IMG/VR virus record: IMGVR_UViG_3300020430_000009
Strand: one strand, 5' to 3'
DNA: 64,000 nt
From: a virus
Positions 30,144 to 38,479 of this stretch are shown in pieces. Positions within the stretch are counted from its first letter, which is position 1, and the number at the start of each line of letters is the position of its first letter. The position numbers and the translations under genes are program-made. Below the pieces are notes generated by a model that saw nothing but the letters and a program-made list of their open reading frames with translations, did no database searches and was not told where the DNA came from.

Positions 30144-30804
30144 CATTGCTAAATTTTTTATTAATAGTCTTAAAAATGAAGAGTTTGTTACTGATAGAAC
30201 CGGTCAAAAAACTATTGAAATATTAGGTGCTACATTCTTAGCCGATGAACCAGCGATATTTGGTACTCCAAACGAATCTTACATTGAGATCGAAAAAGCT
30301 TGGTATGAAAGTCAGTCGACTAATGTTAATTGGATGTCTGAAACTTATAATAGAAATGTACCTGAAGCGTGGAAGTATGCTGCAAATTCTTATGGTGAAA
30401 TCAATTCTAATTATGGCCATATAATTTACTCAGATAAATATCATCATCAGTTTGGCAGAGTTCTTGATGAATTGCTTAATAATAAAGACGGTCGTAGAGC
30501 TACAATGGTCTACACCAGACCAAGTATATGGGAGGAATACGATGAAGATGGTAAGAATGATTTTATATGTACTAACGCCGTTACTTATTACATTCGTGAT
30601 GGTAAAATACACTGCGTGGTCCAAATGCGCTCAAACGATGTCGTGTTCGGATATAAAAATGACTATGCTTGGCAGCTTCATGTTTTAAAACAATTAACTG
30701 ATGAATACAATGCGTGTTCCATGGAAGGAATGGATGTTGGTAATATAATCTGGCAAGTACAAAACTTGCACGTATATGAAAGGCACTTTGATCTTGTCAA
30801 ATAA
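30127..30804 (+). CDS. gp42: dCMP hydroxymethylase (thymidylate synthase superfamily)
   Basis: KTIEILGATFLADEP, GEINSNYG, DFICTN, MRSNDVVFGYKNDYAW closely match T4 gp42 (RSNDVVFGFRNDYAW), including the dCMP-specifying Asp. Confidence 0.92.
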   Translation: MNTTRDIAKFFINSLKNEEFVTDRTGQKTIEILGATFLADEPAIFGTPNESYIEIEKAWYESQSTNVNWMSETYNRNVPEAWKYAANSYGEINSNYGHIIYSDKYHHQFGRVLDELLNNKDGRRATMVYTRPSIWEEYDEDGKNDFICTNAVTYYIRDGKIHCVVQMRSNDVVFGYKNDYAWQLHVLKQLTDEYNACSMEGMDVGNIIWQVQNLHVYERHFDLVK

Positions 30805-31267
30805 ATTTAACTTTAGAGTAGATACAAAGCCCGGTGTATGGGATAAGAGATTTTTAAAAGTAGCTGCTGAAGTGGCCACTTGGTCTAAGGATCCATCAAC
30901 TAAAGTTGGTGCGATCGCTGTAAAAGATAAGAAAGTAATTGCACAAGGGTACAATGGCTTTCCAAAAGGAATAAACGATCTAAGCGATAGATATAACGAT
31001 AGAGAAACAAAATACAAATATATCGTACATGCTGAAATGAACGTGATATATAACGCTGCAGAAAATGGTGTATCATTACGTGGTTCAGACTTGTACGTTT
31101 ACGGGCTCCCAGCTTGTAGTGATTGTGCAAGAGGCATTATACAAGTTGGAGTAAATAGAGTCATCATGCCTACGCAAGAACTACCAGATAAATGGAAGAA
31201 ATCGTGGGAGATGACTGTTGAAATGTTCGACGAGGCTGGTGTGATATGGAACTTTGTAACGTTATAA
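30776..31267 (+). CDS. cd: dCMP deaminase
   Basis: SKDPSTKVGA, GYNGFP, HAEMN, PACSDCA zinc motifs; true start may be TTG 30794. Confidence 0.93.
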   Translation: MKGTLILSNKFNFRVDTKPGVWDKRFLKVAAEVATWSKDPSTKVGAIAVKDKKVIAQGYNGFPKGINDLSDRYNDRETKYKYIVHAEMNVIYNAAENGVSLRGSDLYVYGLPACSDCARGIIQVGVNRVIMPTQELPDKWKKSWEMTVEMFDEAGVIWNFVTL

Positions 31268-31593
31268 TAGTTGGTCAAAATCCATCTAATGTTGAAAACT
31301 CTGGTTCAATAAAACGTCTATGGAAGTGGACTCAATCTTGGGGTCTAGAAAACTGGACATTTATTAACTGCAGTGACGACGTTGGACAAAAATATACCAT
31401 TGACTACGAAAGATTAAAAGAAGCTTCTACATACGATAAGGTTATCGCACTTGGTAATGTGGCTTCTGACGCTCTTAAAAAAGTTGGTGTAGACCATTTT
31501 AAAATGCCGCACCCGTCTGGTTTGAACAGACAGCTCAATGACAAGAGCTTCGAAGAAAGTAAAGTTAAGGAGTGTTATAACTACTTACACTAG
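31246..31593 (+). CDS. Small uracil-DNA-glycosylase-superfamily protein
   Basis: VIIVGQNP (motif A), VIALG, MPHPSGLNR (motif B). Confidence 0.7.
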   Translation: MELCNVIIVGQNPSNVENSGSIKRLWKWTQSWGLENWTFINCSDDVGQKYTIDYERLKEASTYDKVIALGNVASDALKKVGVDHFKMPHPSGLNRQLNDKSFEESKVKECYNYLH

Positions 31594-31663
31594 AGATTAT
31601 CGTGAGCTACTCTACTCCAGACAAAACACTCACGCTAATAAACTGATATAAAGGAGAATATAA

Positions 31664-32962
31664 ATGTCTGAAAAAATTAAAGTCGCCATCGTTGGTGTTG
31701 GCAACTGCGCAAAATCCCTAGTCGAAGGGATTCAATACTACAAAGAAAATCCAAAAGACACGGTTGGTCTAATGTACGATGATATTGGTGGTTACAAAGC
31801 TGCTGATATTGAATTTGTCGTAGGCTTTGACGTGGATAGAAGGAAAGTAAATAAGCCATTGGTAGAAGCTTTAAGAGCTGCTCCTAATTGTGCTATGGAT
31901 CATGTAACTGAAATTTTAGAAAATGGTTCAAATTCTCAAGGTTGTGTTAAGAGAGGAGCTAAAGTTTATTCTGGTCCAGAAATGGACGGGGTAGCACCTC
32001 ACATGCTTGACTATCCAGCTGAAGTATCTTTTAGAACTGGTGCTCAGGCTCATATATCTTTTCAAGATATTGTAGATTTACTAGAAGATAATAACGTTGA
32101 TGTAGTTATCAACTATCTTCCAGTTGGATCTGAAAGAGCTTCTGAATTTTATATGGACGCAGCCATAAAAGCTGGTTGTCATTTTGTAAACTGTATTCCA
32201 ACTCTAATTTCTACTAAAGATTCACAAAGAGTAGAACAGAAGTTTATTGATGCTGGTTTAACAATCGTAGGATCTGATATGAGATCAGCTTGGGGTGCAT
32301 CTAGAATGTCTGAAGTACTTCAAGGCGCGATGCTAGACTCTGGTCTTAAAGTAACTCAGCATATTCAAATGAACATGGCTGCAGGTTCTACTCAAGGACA
32401 AGAGAATATTAGGACTGGTAGAACTGCCAATACTGATTTCTTAAATATGGCAAAGGTAGAAAGACTGCACAATAAACACGTCTCAAAAGAAAATGTGTTA
32501 AAAGGACAAAACACTGTTCGAGATGAAAAGATTGCGGGTAGTACTTTATTTGCTGGTCCATCTTTGACTGTCCAACAAAAGCCGGGAGGTAGGTTTGTAG
32601 GTTCAGATCAAAAGATAGCTAACTTTGATATCGTTGGCTATGGATTTGGTGGAGCTAGATATGAACTTACAGCGAGGCTTGCTGTTCAAGACTCTCCGAA
32701 CTCTGGTGGTGTAGTTGTATCTGCTATCAGGTTCTGTAAAGTAGCTTCTGAAATGGGAATTGTTGGTTATCTTCGTGGTCCATCGGCTTGGACACAAAAG
32801 ACACCACCACTTCAACTTAAAACAGACGAGGCAAAATTTGAATGTGACATGTTAGCTGCAAGATCTCTTACAGATATTACTGAAGCTCAACATGTAGATA
32901 ACAATCCATGTGCTAAAAACTTAGCTTACACATTCCAAGCTGGAGAAACAGATTATGAGTAG
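31664..32962 (+). CDS. ino1: myo-Inositol-1-phosphate synthase (bacterial Ino1 type)
   Basis: VAIVGVGNCAKSLVEG, FDVDRRKV, VVINYLPVGS, FVNCIP, GSDMRS, N...DFLNM, K.VSK, DSPNSGGVVV.AIR.CK. Confidence 0.9.
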   Translation: MSEKIKVAIVGVGNCAKSLVEGIQYYKENPKDTVGLMYDDIGGYKAADIEFVVGFDVDRRKVNKPLVEALRAAPNCAMDHVTEILENGSNSQGCVKRGAKVYSGPEMDGVAPHMLDYPAEVSFRTGAQAHISFQDIVDLLEDNNVDVVINYLPVGSERASEFYMDAAIKAGCHFVNCIPTLISTKDSQRVEQKFIDAGLTIVGSDMRSAWGASRMSEVLQGAMLDSGLKVTQHIQMNMAAGSTQGQENIRTGRTANTDFLNMAKVERLHNKHVSKENVLKGQNTVRDEKIAGSTLFAGPSLTVQQKPGGRFVGSDQKIANFDIVGYGFGGARYELTARLAVQDSPNSGGVVVSAIRFCKVASEMGIVGYLRGPSAWTQKTPPLQLKTDEAKFECDMLAARSLTDITEAQHVDNNPCAKNLAYTFQAGETDYE

Positions 32963-33362
32963 AAAGCCTTTTGAAAGTTGGGAAGAAATTCCTAAAGGTG
33001 TAATCAACTCTTATGATATTGATGGTGTCATATATATGGGTGAAGGTCTAGATGGTTTAAGACCAGGGCCAAGAGATATCGTGATTACTGGCAGATCGGT
33101 CGAGACAGAAGTATTGACTAAGAAAATGCTTAGTGATAAAGGTATACATAACCCATTATATATGAACAATAAGAGTAAAGACTGGAATAACAGAGAGCAA
33201 TCTGGATTTCACAAAGGCTGGACTCTATTTCATCTTGAACAGATTGGATATAGATTTGGTATTCATTACGATGACGATCCAATACAGATCGAAAAGATAA
33301 GACAAATGATGCCACATATTCATATCGTTCATGTAAACCATGATTTAGTTCCAAAGGAGTAA
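32955..33362 (+). CDS. HAD-superfamily phosphatase (candidate inositol-1-P phosphatase)
   Basis: YDIDGV, ITGR, K, YDDD motifs; overlaps the ino1 stop. Confidence 0.7.
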   Translation: MSRKPFESWEEIPKGVINSYDIDGVIYMGEGLDGLRPGPRDIVITGRSVETEVLTKKMLSDKGIHNPLYMNNKSKDWNNREQSGFHKGWTLFHLEQIGYRFGIHYDDDPIQIEKIRQMMPHIHIVHVNHDLVPKE

Positions 33363-33364
33363 AT

Positions 33365-34435
33365 ATGTACAATTATGATTGGTGGTCTTACGATAAAGAC
33401 ATTATGAAAGATTTTAATCATTTCTTGAAAAAGATCAACACTCGTGCTTGTATCAATTATGGTTTTATAAATGAAGATTACGTCAATATCAATCGTCACG
33501 GCGAAGTCGATCATGGCTTAGGCCGTGACGTTGAGTACTTTCACCCAACAATTACGTTGGATGATAGAATGAGATATATAGGTACTGTTATTGCTCAACA
33601 AGATATGTCCCCCTTTAATATCTTAGGCAATGGTATCATATCTCACTTCTACGGAGCACGTGGCTGTCATATGGCAGTCACTGGCTCCAATGATCCAAAT
33701 GATTGTTTTGTAGATTTTGATAGACTAGCTGATAATGATAAAGAATATCTTAACCATCTTAGACTTAATATCGATAATTCAAAGAGGCTTAAAAAACCAA
33801 TATGGGGAACTACAGAGCTTCATACTTCTTTACAAGCTGCTTCAAGAAATTATTGTCGTAAAAAGTATGACGATCCAGAAAGAGTATTTCATCCAGTTGA
33901 CATAGTTGATTGGGTTGCTTCTTTTAGAGATAATGGTACGTACGAAGAACTTTATGAAGCCGATCACATTGGTCAAGCTTATAAGATATTAAGAAAGTTA
34001 CCGGGTGTTGGTGAATACTATGGATTTCATGGTGCTGCTTCTACGAGCGTTTTACCTCAAATGAAATATTATCATGATGACAAGTTTGTGGCACCAGGGC
34101 CAGGGGCAGTTTATACAATAGGTCTTATGTGGCCAAGAGCGCCACGCAAACATTACGCAGAAGCTATTTACTTTTTAAGAGAAAATAGCGATGAGATTGG
34201 TCTTACAACTAACGTTGAATTTCACCCAGGCGCTTATAATATAGACATGCCAAATGGAAAGAAGTTATTTAGAGAAGATCAAAAGACTCTTAAATATTAC
34301 GGTACGGAAGTTCTGTCTTGTCAGTTTGGTATATACTTACAGATTAGAGAAGACGCTAAGATGTGTGCAAAGCGTCAAGTTTCAAGAGCCACTGCACTTA
34401 CCGATCAGTCTACTTTAGAGGAGTTTATGCAATGA
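33365..34435 (+). CDS. aGPT-Pplase/hm-base DNA transferase-like protein (HhH glycosylase-like fold)
   Basis: LRKLPGVGEYYGFH HhH-like segment and FVAPGPGA, resembling the GPGA motif of aGPT-Pplase clade 1; inside a base-modification operon. Confidence 0.55.
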   Translation: MYNYDWWSYDKDIMKDFNHFLKKINTRACINYGFINEDYVNINRHGEVDHGLGRDVEYFHPTITLDDRMRYIGTVIAQQDMSPFNILGNGIISHFYGARGCHMAVTGSNDPNDCFVDFDRLADNDKEYLNHLRLNIDNSKRLKKPIWGTTELHTSLQAASRNYCRKKYDDPERVFHPVDIVDWVASFRDNGTYEELYEADHIGQAYKILRKLPGVGEYYGFHGAASTSVLPQMKYYHDDKFVAPGPGAVYTIGLMWPRAPRKHYAEAIYFLRENSDEIGLTTNVEFHPGAYNIDMPNGKKLFREDQKTLKYYGTEVLSCQFGIYLQIREDAKMCAKRQVSRATALTDQSTLEEFMQ

Positions 34436-35469
34436 AAGCTATAATGAACTGTCCATTTATTCCTATCGCCACCAGAGTTCAATCTCACAGAGGAGCTCTT
34501 GGTGTAATATATGCAGATCAGTTAAAACAAACTGGAGTTGATGTAGAAATCAATTGGGCTGGTAAGATAGAAGACCACAATCAGTTTGATGAGATGTATG
34601 TATACCATGGCAGCGACTGGACAGGTGGACTAAACTTTTTTGGTGGAGTTGCAGGATTTCCATACGTTGAAAATACTAGAAACTTTTCACAGTTTAAAGG
34701 AAAAGTCTACTCATTAGAAATACCATTTCCACCATATCATGAGATGATAAAAGAGAGAATTGATAGGGCTATGGAAAAAGGTACTGCAATTCTCGACGCA
34801 TGGAAAGACGTAGATCTAGATAATCTTAAAAGAATGCATGATACTGCAGAAGTTATTAAATATCCAAAGGTCACTAGAAATCTAGTGATAGGTGATAGCC
34901 ATTCCATTTGCATGTATCGTCCAGAATGGACAGTAAATTCTGTTCCATTTAAAACTTTAAATGGAGCTATAAATAGTGGTCTACATACATTTATAGAAGA
35001 TGTCGGTAAAATTGAGGATTTTGATAAGCTTGAAGTTTACTTTGGCAATATTGATGTTCGACATCACTTATGTAGAATTGGCGATAATGTAGACGAAAAC
35101 GTAAAAGACTTAGCCAAAAGGTATGTGGAAGCAGTTGAAGCTGTAGACATAAAAGAAGTTTATATTTACGAGTTATTGCCTATTGAAGATGAATCTAGAA
35201 AATTACCAAAGTCTGGTTTCTATAAGAACAAACCTTTTTGGGGAACATGGGAACAACGTAACAGATGCAGGTTATTATTTAGAGATTATATAGAACAGTT
35301 TGCTACTCGAGCTAAAATCATAAGATGGACTGACTATTTGTTAAATAAAGAAGGTCAACTAGATTTTAAACACATGGAGATGCCACATTCTATTCACTTA
35401 TCACGTGGTTCATATCCTCATTGGACTGGTGAAGAAAAGCCAAACACATTAGAGGAGTTTTTTGTATGA
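34432..35469 (+). CDS. Putative DNA transferase: beta-glucosyltransferase-like N-domain plus SGNH-like C-domain
   Basis: FDEMYVYH...LNFFGG...FSQFKGKVYSLE aligns by eye with T4 BGT YDRLIVVN..INFFGG...FMAKYKSKIYYL; C-part has GDSH, GNID, HSIH. Confidence 0.55.
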   Translation: MKAIMNCPFIPIATRVQSHRGALGVIYADQLKQTGVDVEINWAGKIEDHNQFDEMYVYHGSDWTGGLNFFGGVAGFPYVENTRNFSQFKGKVYSLEIPFPPYHEMIKERIDRAMEKGTAILDAWKDVDLDNLKRMHDTAEVIKYPKVTRNLVIGDSHSICMYRPEWTVNSVPFKTLNGAINSGLHTFIEDVGKIEDFDKLEVYFGNIDVRHHLCRIGDNVDENVKDLAKRYVEAVEAVDIKEVYIYELLPIEDESRKLPKSGFYKNKPFWGTWEQRNRCRLLFRDYIEQFATRAKIIRWTDYLLNKEGQLDFKHMEMPHSIHLSRGSYPHWTGEEKPNTLEEFFV

Positions 35470-36659
35470 AGTACGCAAGTATAGTACCACTAATCGGCGG
35501 TGAAACCATCGCCATGCAAAACGTATTTAATAAGAAACCGGAGTATATTTTAAGCTATGAAGCCTTTCAACCAAATGATCAAAACCTTGTGGAGTACTAC
35601 AAAAGAGAAGTCCCCTACCATCTTCTTAATGGTAATCGGAAACCTGCTCTTCCTTACGTCGACGCTGTTAATACCGTTTGCCCTTGTGCTGGTCTTTCTA
35701 GTCTCAATCCTTCAGCCAATTCTGATGCTGCTATTAACGATTGGATGCCTACCACTGCTCGTTACGTTTTGGGCACACTCAAACCTAAAGTATTCTGGGG
35801 CGAAAACGCGCCACGATTTGCTTCAAGAATGGGTGAGCCTATTAGAGAAAACCTCAGACGTATTGGGCAAGAAAACGGATATACTTTCAGCATATATAAA
35901 ACGAAAAGTATCTTACATGGACTCGGACAAGTAAGAGATCGTTCATTTTATTTTTTCTGGAAGGGAAATAAAGTACCTAAACTTGAATATATAAAAAGGA
36001 AGCACGAAAGAATTGAGGATACGATTCGTTCCGTGAAACGCAGGTCGAACGACCCAATGAATGTCCTTACTAATTCAAGTGTTCCAAGTGAGAATCCTTT
36101 TTACTCATTTGTTCTTAATGAACTTGAGGGAGGGAAATCGCATGCAGAGTTCCAAGATACTTTGCCTTTGTCGATCAACGTATTAACTTATATAGAGTCA
36201 AAAACAAAATATGATGTAGTTGCCAAATGGATGTTCAAAAATGGATATGATAAAGAGGCAGCAAAATGCGAAAGAATCCACAAAAAATTAGAGGCAGGTT
36301 TAAACTTTATGAGAAAGAACATAGAGTTTCCGAGGAACTATATTGGAGCGTTCGTAGGCCATTTGCCTACTATGCTTACACACCCCGACGAAGACAGGTT
36401 CTTAACTATTAGAGAATGTCTATCAATTATGAAATTGCCAGAAGATTTTATGCTTCAAGGCGGTGTCAAAAATGTTAATCATATATGCCAAAATGTGCCA
36501 GTAACAACTGCACAAGATATGGCTGAAAATGTTATAAAATTTTGTGATGGAAGATTGGATAACCAACTTATAGAGACAGACTACGCTATGCAAGATAATA
36601 AGAGTAAGTCTATAAGAGTTGAAAATAATCCTTTACAACTAGATGAATTTATGTTATAA
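35466..36659 (+). CDS. DNA cytosine-C5 methyltransferase-fold protein with atypical motif I
   Basis: CPCAG (IV), ENAP (VI), QVRDRS (VIII), RFLTIRECLSIMKLPEDF (IX), QNVPV (X); motif I is VPLIGG instead of FxGxG. Confidence 0.8.
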   Translation: MKYASIVPLIGGETIAMQNVFNKKPEYILSYEAFQPNDQNLVEYYKREVPYHLLNGNRKPALPYVDAVNTVCPCAGLSSLNPSANSDAAINDWMPTTARYVLGTLKPKVFWGENAPRFASRMGEPIRENLRRIGQENGYTFSIYKTKSILHGLGQVRDRSFYFFWKGNKVPKLEYIKRKHERIEDTIRSVKRRSNDPMNVLTNSSVPSENPFYSFVLNELEGGKSHAEFQDTLPLSINVLTYIESKTKYDVVAKWMFKNGYDKEAAKCERIHKKLEAGLNFMRKNIEFPRNYIGAFVGHLPTMLTHPDEDRFLTIRECLSIMKLPEDFMLQGGVKNVNHICQNVPVTTAQDMAENVIKFCDGRLDNQLIETDYAMQDNKSKSIRVENNPLQLDEFML

Positions 36660-36660
36660 T
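36632..36660 (+). promoter_or_regulatory. Sigma70-like early/middle promoter
   Basis: TTTACA-N17-TATAAT inside the MTase 3' end. Confidence 0.7.
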
Positions 36661-36681
36661 GTAAACAAAATGGAGATGCGC

Positions 36682-37131
36682 ATGTTTAAATATTACATTG
36701 GACTAATATGGAGTCTTGCTTTTTTAGGCGGCTTCTTTAGTGGTCAAAGTCTCGTATTCGCTGCCGATATGGATATTGAGATGTTAAATAAAAGAGCTGA
36801 CGGCGAAAAGATGGTATATTCTGTCGACGTAGCTAAGGTAGATGTCGGCGATACTATTACTTGGTTACCTACAAGTAAAGGTCATAACGTACATTTTATT
36901 TCTGCTCCTGACGGCTGGAAAATACCAAAGAAAAGTAAAAATAATAAAGAAGTTAAGATTACTTTTGACGTCCCAGGAGTTTACTTATATCAATGTACTC
37001 CTCATAAAGCCATGGGTATGATTGGCTTAGTAGTTGTTGGTGGTAATACTGATAATTTAGATAGTATTAAAAAAGCCAAGGTACTAGGTAAAAGTAAAAA
37101 GAAACTTAAAAAGATCTTAGGAGATGTTTAA
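36682..37131 (+). CDS. Pseudoazurin/plastocyanin-type blue copper protein
   Basis: Signal peptide, EMLNK, GDTITW, KGHNV, YQCTPHKAMGM (His, Cys, His, Met ligands). Confidence 0.9.
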   Translation: MFKYYIGLIWSLAFLGGFFSGQSLVFAADMDIEMLNKRADGEKMVYSVDVAKVDVGDTITWLPTSKGHNVHFISAPDGWKIPKKSKNNKEVKITFDVPGVYLYQCTPHKAMGMIGLVVVGGNTDNLDSIKKAKVLGKSKKKLKKILGDV

Positions 37132-38177
37132 TGTCTATTATGGACAAATTGAAAAAGAACAGTAAGTCTGACTACACGTCAATTCTTGCTGATTCTAAAT
37201 TTTTTAATGAAAAAGACATGGTGGCTACAGAGGTACCTATGATGAACGTAGCTCTATCAGGCTCCATGGACGGTGGCGTAGCGCCAGGACTTACAGTTCT
37301 GGCCGGCCCATCAAAACATTTTAAGACTTCATTTGCTCTTATTATGGCAAGTGCTTATCTTAAAAGATATGACGATGCAGTACTTTTATTTTATGATTCA
37401 GAGTTTGGTTCTCCTCAATCTTATTTCCAAAACTTTGATATCGATACAAATAGAGTATTGCATAGTCCAATAACTAATGTGGAAGAACTTAAGTTTGATA
37501 TTATAAGTCAACTCGAAGGTTTGGACCGAGGCGATAAAGTTGTCATTGTTATCGATTCAATTGGTAACTTAGCCTCAAAGAAAGAACTTGAAGATGCTAT
37601 CAATGAAAAGTCAGTGGCAGATATGTCAAGAGCTAAAGCACTAAAAGGTCTGTTTAGAATGATTACACCTTATCTTAACATGAAAGATATTCCACTTTTA
37701 GCTGTTAATCATACATACAAAGAGATTGGCCTATTTCCAAAAGACGTAGTATCTGGTGGTACTGGTATCTACTACAGTGCAGATAATATTTGGATTATTG
37801 GTAGACAACAGGACAAGCAGGGTACAGAAATTAAAGGCTATCACTTTGTAATCAACGTGGAGAAGTCAAGATATGTTAGAGAAAAGTCTAAAATTCCTAT
37901 TTCTGTTAGTTGGGACGGTGGTGTTCAACGTTGGAGTGGTATTCTTGATATTGCTATCGCTGGTAATTACGTTGCTAAGCCTTCTAACGGTTGGTATTGT
38001 AGGGTCGATCGCAGTACTGGAGAATTATTGGAACCAAAAGTTAGAGAAAAAGATACCCTTTCGGAAGAGTTCTGGAAACCCGTAATGGAAGAAACTGATT
38101 TTAAGCAGTACATCATAGATAGATTTGCTATTGGTAATAATGGTGGAATCAATATGGAGAAGATGGATCAGCATTAA
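37131..38177 (+). CDS. uvsX: RecA-like recombinase UvsX
   Basis: AGPSKHFKT, YDSEFG, IDSIGNLASKKE, VSGGTGIYYSAD. Confidence 0.97.
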   Translation: MSIMDKLKKNSKSDYTSILADSKFFNEKDMVATEVPMMNVALSGSMDGGVAPGLTVLAGPSKHFKTSFALIMASAYLKRYDDAVLLFYDSEFGSPQSYFQNFDIDTNRVLHSPITNVEELKFDIISQLEGLDRGDKVVIVIDSIGNLASKKELEDAINEKSVADMSRAKALKGLFRMITPYLNMKDIPLLAVNHTYKEIGLFPKDVVSGGTGIYYSADNIWIIGRQQDKQGTEIKGYHFVINVEKSRYVREKSKIPISVSWDGGVQRWSGILDIAIAGNYVAKPSNGWYCRVDRSTGELLEPKVREKDTLSEEFWKPVMEETDFKQYIIDRFAIGNNGGINMEKMDQH

Positions 38178-38479
38178 TGGTCATGGAAGAAAACGTACAT
38201 TATGAAATTATTCCTGATAGAGGCGACGAACAGTCTTGGAATGTCAGAATATTAACAGGACCATTTACTGAAACGGTAATTAAATATGGAGTTGTCAGGT
38301 TCAATGAGATCCCTGGCAACATGTCTTTTAACTTTGATATAATTTACACTCCTGATTCAGAACTGAAAGTAAGTGACGAGCCATTACAAGATTTTGTAGG
38401 CGAGATGCTCGAACAGATTATGGCTCAAGGTATAAAAGACGGACAAGTGATAACAAGGGAGAAACCAGTTGGCGACTAA
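38177..38479 (+). CDS. Hypothetical protein at gp40 position
   Basis: Between uvsX and gp41 as for T4 gp40; no decisive motif. Confidence 0.5.
   Translation: MVMEENVHYEIIPDRGDEQSWNVRILTGPFTETVIKYGVVRFNEIPGNMSFNFDIIYTPDSELKVSDEPLQDFVGEMLEQIMAQGIKDGQVITREKPVGD

Noticed and set aside
30127-30804. Calling this gene thymidylate synthase (thyA/td)
   Set aside because: It has the gp42-type RSNDVVFG.KND with Asp at the specificity position, lacks the ThyA PFN motif, and ThyX is present separately.
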